Source: a virus (Duplodnaviria; Caudoviricetes). From it: DNA of 64,000 nucleotides. Below, one piece after another: positions 60,343-64,000 of the stretch. The first letter of the stretch is position 1. Each line of letters opens with the position of its first letter. The stretch is taken from positions 19,838 through 83,837 of IMG/VR virus record IMGVR_UViG_3300012940_000024. The stretch is one strand, 5' to 3'. The notes beneath the pieces were generated by a model. That model ran no database searches. It had not been told where the DNA came from and worked only from the letters and a program-made list of their open reading frames with translations. A program made the translations under genes and the position numbers.

Positions 60343-60651
60343 ATGATCAAAGGAGTTGCAAACGTGGTAAAATTTATAGACAAGTTACCGGAATTTAGTT
60401 TTGCATATTTAAATACAACAAATGAAGTTATCATGATCAAGCGTGGAATAAACGGTTATTATCCGCAACCTGATTTAGAAGGTTATTCAGTCGATCAATT
60501 AAATGAAGCATATGGAATTACAAAACCACAAGCAGAAGCAATGTTAAAAGGATCTATGTTTGGTTGGCATGTACCAGCAAGCGATCCGGATATGTGGGAA
60601 AACTTATCAAATGACAGGTTTACTCATAATACTAAATATGGAAAATTTTGA
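60343..60651 (+). CDS. Conserved mobile-element hypothetical protein
   Basis: IKRGINGYY...QAEAMLKGSMFGWHVPASDP, recalled from ICE/phage proteins. The start is probably the downstream GTG. Confidence 0.7.
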   Translation: MIKGVANVVKFIDKLPEFSFAYLNTTNEVIMIKRGINGYYPQPDLEGYSVDQLNEAYGITKPQAEAMLKGSMFGWHVPASDPDMWENLSNDRFTHNTKYGKF

Positions 60652-60837
60652 GAGAGCTAACATATTTAGTAATCTGAGAAAATATATGGAAGTTGAAGTA
60701 AAAGCCAAAGATTATTTTGGGGAATGGTAAGACTTAGAAAGTTATTCTTAATGGAATAACTTTCTAAAAAGAAAAAATAAAAAAGTTATTGTTAATAACT
60801 TTTTAAAATGATACACTTTATTTAAATAAGAAAATGA

Positions 60838-61272
60838 TTGGAGATATTTAAAGTGGAAAATGCATATTTATTATTAAAGAAAAAACATCAACAAGAATTT
60901 AACGAGTTTCCTATGTTCTTTGCGTTCAGTGATAAACAATTCAAAGAGGGTATGGCAACTTTAGGATTAAAGGAAAATGAAACTGATAAAATCTTTTCCA
61001 TTGGAAATGGTGGATTCTACCGAAAATCAGATGCACCAGCTTTTCATGAAATGTTAATTAGACATGACAGGGAAATGCAAGAAGCAATAGACAATGATGC
61101 AACAGGTGATGGTTTTATTCGTGAAATGTTTGAATATGAATTAGCTAATCATGAATATGGATATACAATGAGTTTAGAAGATACATTAAATGCATTGGAT
61201 TTAACCTATGAAGAAATTGAAGCGAATGAAAAATTATTGCATGGGTTAAGATTGGCAACAAAGAAATTTTAA
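60838..61272 (+). CDS. Conserved mobile-element hypothetical protein
   Basis: FPMFFAFSDKQFKEGM...MFEYELANHEY motif. Confidence 0.75.
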   Translation: MEIFKVENAYLLLKKKHQQEFNEFPMFFAFSDKQFKEGMATLGLKENETDKIFSIGNGGFYRKSDAPAFHEMLIRHDREMQEAIDNDATGDGFIREMFEYELANHEYGYTMSLEDTLNALDLTYEEIEANEKLLHGLRLATKKF

Positions 61273-61333
61273 TAATTAACTTGGGTAGTTATCCCACACC
61301 GAATAACTACCCAAAAAAGGGAGGTACAAGAAT

Positions 61334-61548
61334 ATGAGTATTTCAAATTCTAAAAAAAAAAAGAACTGATAAATAGATTTTTTATACTCAATAATGAACT
61401 TTTTGAAATTTGGCATGAAATAAGTCAGTTAAATAGTGGAGAAAGTCAATTTGATTATGTAACAGATCCTCAATTATCAGATGAAGTAGATCGATTACTC
61501 ATTAGAGCGAAAAAAATAAAGAAAATCGTTTATCAGGAAACTAAATAA
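61334..61548 (+). pseudogene. Small gene out of frame at an A11 run (61352-61362)
   Basis: GGAGG RBS, MSISNSKKK, then continues KELINRFFILNNELFEIWHE...YQETK* only if the run is 9 or 12 A. Confidence 0.6.
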
Positions 61549-61667
61549 AATCTGAATTTGATTCAGTTAAATATCTAAATATTGTCTATATAATTAGAAG
61601 GTTATTCTTGATGGAATAACTTTCTAATAAATATTTTTAAAAAAAGATATTGTAAATAACTTTTAAA

Positions 61668-61946
61668 ATGATATACTTTAATTACAAAGTTAAAGGAGTG
61701 CTGGACATGGAAATAAACAAAAATGATTTTCAAGCTATATTTTTTCATCAAGAACAATCTGTAATTATTACGTATAAAGGTAAACATCTTTTTACTTTAG
61801 AACGTGAACAAATTGAACCAAAGGGTATTTTAGAAATTCAAAATGACAATAATAAAATTTTAGATGTAGTCATTGATTGGTATGAATATATTATTAAGCA
61901 ATTCTTATCAGGTGTCGATCATGATGAAATTGATTGGTCAATATAA
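61668..61946 (+). CDS. Hypothetical early protein (likely start MEINKN)
   Basis: AAAGGAG RBS inside the track ORF. Confidence 0.7.
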   Translation: MIYFNYKVKGVLDMEINKNDFQAIFFHQEQSVIITYKGKHLFTLEREQIEPKGILEIQNDNNKILDVVIDWYEYIIKQFLSGVDHDEIDWSI

Positions 61947-61956
61947 AATATAAGGA

Positions 61957-62265
61957 GTGAATCAAATGTTTAACACTAAGCATATTGAATTGAAATTTGG
62001 AAGAATGAGAAAAGCACAAGATTTTGTTTTATACCCATATAAGGAGTCAGATGAATTTATTACTTTGCAGTCCGATAAGTCAATTGGTATTCTATATAAA
62101 GAGACAAGAAAATTTGTCTTTACAAATAAAGGAAGTTATTTTCATCATCTTTCTTTATATGGACAAGAAACGGAACTAGCTGATGAAATTAAAGATCAAA
62201 TTTTCTCACTGTATAATGATTCTAAAAAGTATTTGAACAATGATGGTAAAATAACTATCATGTGA
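61957..62265 (+). CDS. Hypothetical early protein
   Basis: AAGGAG RBS. Confidence 0.7.
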   Translation: MNQMFNTKHIELKFGRMRKAQDFVLYPYKESDEFITLQSDKSIGILYKETRKFVFTNKGSYFHHLSLYGQETELADEIKDQIFSLYNDSKKYLNNDGKITIM

Positions 62266-62625
62266 AGGAGAATGGGGTATGAGAAAAAGCTTTTGAAAAT
62301 ATAAACGTAAAATATATCCATTATATCAATTCAATTTAAAGGAATGGAAAAAATAGAATAAATTTAAGAGGGATTTTTTTCTCTTAACAAATAACCAAAT
62401 ATGCTTAAATAAAGGGAACGTTTGTTTTATTATAGAAAATACTCAATAAACAGCGTTATTTCTTCAAAAAACATTAAACAAATGACTAAAAAAGTAATAA
62501 AACATGTTTATTTGTTTTGATATAAACCTGTAAAATAAAGGGTTTGATAAATAAAATTATTTCTTGACAAATAACTAAATATAGTTTATAATATATAATA
62601 TAACAAGCAAAGGAGTTTTTAGTTT

Positions 62626-62820
62626 ATGGAAATTAAAGTCGTATTAAATGAAGAACAAATTAAAGAAGCATTTGAAAATTGTGAGATAAAATTTTCAAAG
62701 AAAAAGCTGAAAGAATTAAAAGAGGAATTTCAATATTGTGAATTAGATATTTTACAGGCTTTAGAAGAAACTTTTTTAGAACAGTTACAAGAAATGATTA
62801 GTAATCTTTTCGAGGAATAA
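62626..62820 (+). CDS. Small acidic hypothetical protein
   Basis: Own class A promoter and AGCAAAGGAG RBS. Confidence 0.7.
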   Translation: MEIKVVLNEEQIKEAFENCEIKFSKKKLKELKEEFQYCELDILQALEETFLEQLQEMISNLFEE

Positions 62821-62950
62821 ATTAAAATTTGTTTTATCAATCAGTTGCTAATAAAGCAACTGATTGATACAAGAAGTTTTAAAAAAGTTATTGTAAATAA
62901 ACTTATTAAATGGTATTCTTTAAATAAGAAATAGCAAGGGAGTTTTTAAA

Positions 62951-63202
62951 ATGAAGTTTGACAAATGGTTGGATCTATTTTTGGTAGAAAAAGGAATTGA
63001 GAATCTTGTATTTGAAATTGAATACAATGATACCGTTCATTTTGTTGAGCAGGATGTATTAATAACATTTTTGAAGTCTATGCCGGATGATTTAAAAAAG
63101 AAAGTAAAGTCAACCTTTGTTATGATTGATTTTAAAAATGGTGACTGTGTTCATTATTTAAAACATTTAGCAGAAAGTATGATAGCAGTAAATTTCCAAT
63201 AA
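62951..63202 (+). CDS. Hypothetical early protein
   Basis: Class B promoter and RBS. Confidence 0.75.
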   Translation: MKFDKWLDLFLVEKGIENLVFEIEYNDTVHFVEQDVLITFLKSMPDDLKKKVKSTFVMIDFKNGDCVHYLKHLAESMIAVNFQ

Positions 63203-63238
63203 GCTTTTATTATCGAGTAGAGCAAAGGAGAAACAAAC

Positions 63239-64000
63239 ATGAATAAACAACAAGTACCTTTTAATGAAAGTGAATTTGAAGAGTTTTTAAATTCTGATGA
63301 TTGTAATCTATATCAATTAAATGTAGGTGGGTTAGTTCGGAAAATAAGCAAAATAAAAGGCAATGAAGATTGTGTTTGTTTAGTAGATCTTACGTGGATA
63401 AACGTTGATAATTTAAGCCAACTTTATTTTACAAAGAATGTATCATTATTAGCATTTTATTTTCCAGCTACAAATTCTTTAGTTTTTAATCATATGAGCG
63501 AATATGGAAATTTGAAAGATATTTGTAAATCTTTAAATATTTATACTGAATATTCATTGAAAAAAACAATACTTTCTGAAATTGAAAAAGAATTTAAAGA
63601 AAGAGAAGGGTATCTAAAAGAATGTTATAAAAATGAATTGAAAGAATTGAATTTATCTGAAAAAGATAAAATTTGGAAGATGGCTGTCACAGGGAAAGAT
63701 GAAAGATATGTTTATTTAGATGAATATAAATTCGATCAACTATTTAATTATTCTATGGTAAAAGATTATTTTGAAAAGCCTAAACAAATGAAGGCTGATT
63801 TTGTGGATGCTTTCTTAAAAGATCCGAAAAATAAAGATATAATTAAACGTAATATTAGTTTTGAAATAGCTAAAGATAAAATGATACCGGATTTAAAAGA
63901 AAATGAATTGGTAAAAAAAGCTATAAAAATCCATTCATTATTATTTAATGAATTGAAAAATGCAAAAACTCTATGGGTAAAATTTGAAGATGGAAAAAGA
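63239..64000 (+). CDS. Hypothetical protein, truncated by the right edge (>=254 aa), absent from the ORF track
   Basis: AGCAAAGGAG RBS, ATG 63239 MNKQQVPFNE..., open through ...WVKFEDGKR at 64000. Confidence 0.8.
   Translation, partial: MNKQQVPFNESEFEEFLNSDDCNLYQLNVGGLVRKISKIKGNEDCVCLVDLTWINVDNLSQLYFTKNVSLLAFYFPATNSLVFNHMSEYGNLKDICKSLNIYTEYSLKKTILSEIEKEFKEREGYLKECYKNELKELNLSEKDKIWKMAVTGKDERYVYLDEYKFDQLFNYSMVKDYFEKPKQMKADFVDAFLKDPKNKDIIKRNISFEIAKDKMIPDLKENELVKKAIKIHSLLFNELKNAKTLWVKFEDGKR

Larger units (their letters stand above)
50313..62592 (+). promoter_or_regulatory. Family of repeated sigmaA-type promoters (class A) with conserved spacer AATAACTAAATATGTG
   Basis: TTGACA/TTGACT/TTTACA at 50313, 51062, 51648, 51969, 52542, 52668, 53135, 53785, 55091, 55462, 56002, 56943, 58066, 59433 and 62564, each 17 bp from a TATAAT-like hexamer. 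Confidence 0.85.
53611..62918 (+). promoter_or_regulatory. Second promoter family (class B) whose -35 lies in the palindrome AAAAGTTAT-N5-ATAACTTTT
   Basis: Copies at ~53611, 56379, 57497, 60781 (perfect), 61642 and 62883. Confidence 0.75.

Noticed and set aside
52266-61787. Minus-strand ORFs opposite the early genes
   Set aside because: All promoters and RBSs point to the plus strand, so these are shadows.

Overview
Very AT-rich 64-kb segment of a large SPbeta-like temperate siphophage or phage-plasmid of a Bacillota host, probably a spore-forming Bacillaceae. No database searches were possible, so family calls rest on motifs, synteny and recalled sequences. The left 38 kb (minus strand) is a morphogenesis operon in SPbeta-like order: RecD2 helicase, HU, phosphoesterase, terminase, portal, protease/scaffold, capsid, head-tail and tail genes, a disrupted tyrosine recombinase, a 2382-aa tape measure, Dit, and a >=2597-aa multidomain tail/lysin ORF that the ORF track missed because it runs off the edge. 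The central accessory block (38-46.6 kb) holds a ParM/ParR-like pair broken by a 5' group II intron fragment, an XRE regulator, a YopP-like recombinase and sporulation-type LysM/CAP genes. It also holds the most notable item: a compact CRISPR locus with a Cas12f-like RuvC effector (497 aa once one A is removed from an A10 run), a candidate tracrRNA with an anti-repeat, a type I-C-like leader and a 5-repeat/4-spacer array, with no cas1/cas2 in the window. A ~3.7-kb ORF-poor region follows and ends in a promoter-driven, highly structured ~450-nt candidate ncRNA. The last 14 kb is ~27 small plus-strand genes, most with their own sigmaA-type promoter. A strand-oriented motif (ACAAATAACYAAATAT) sits in these promoter spacers and at junctions of the structural operon.
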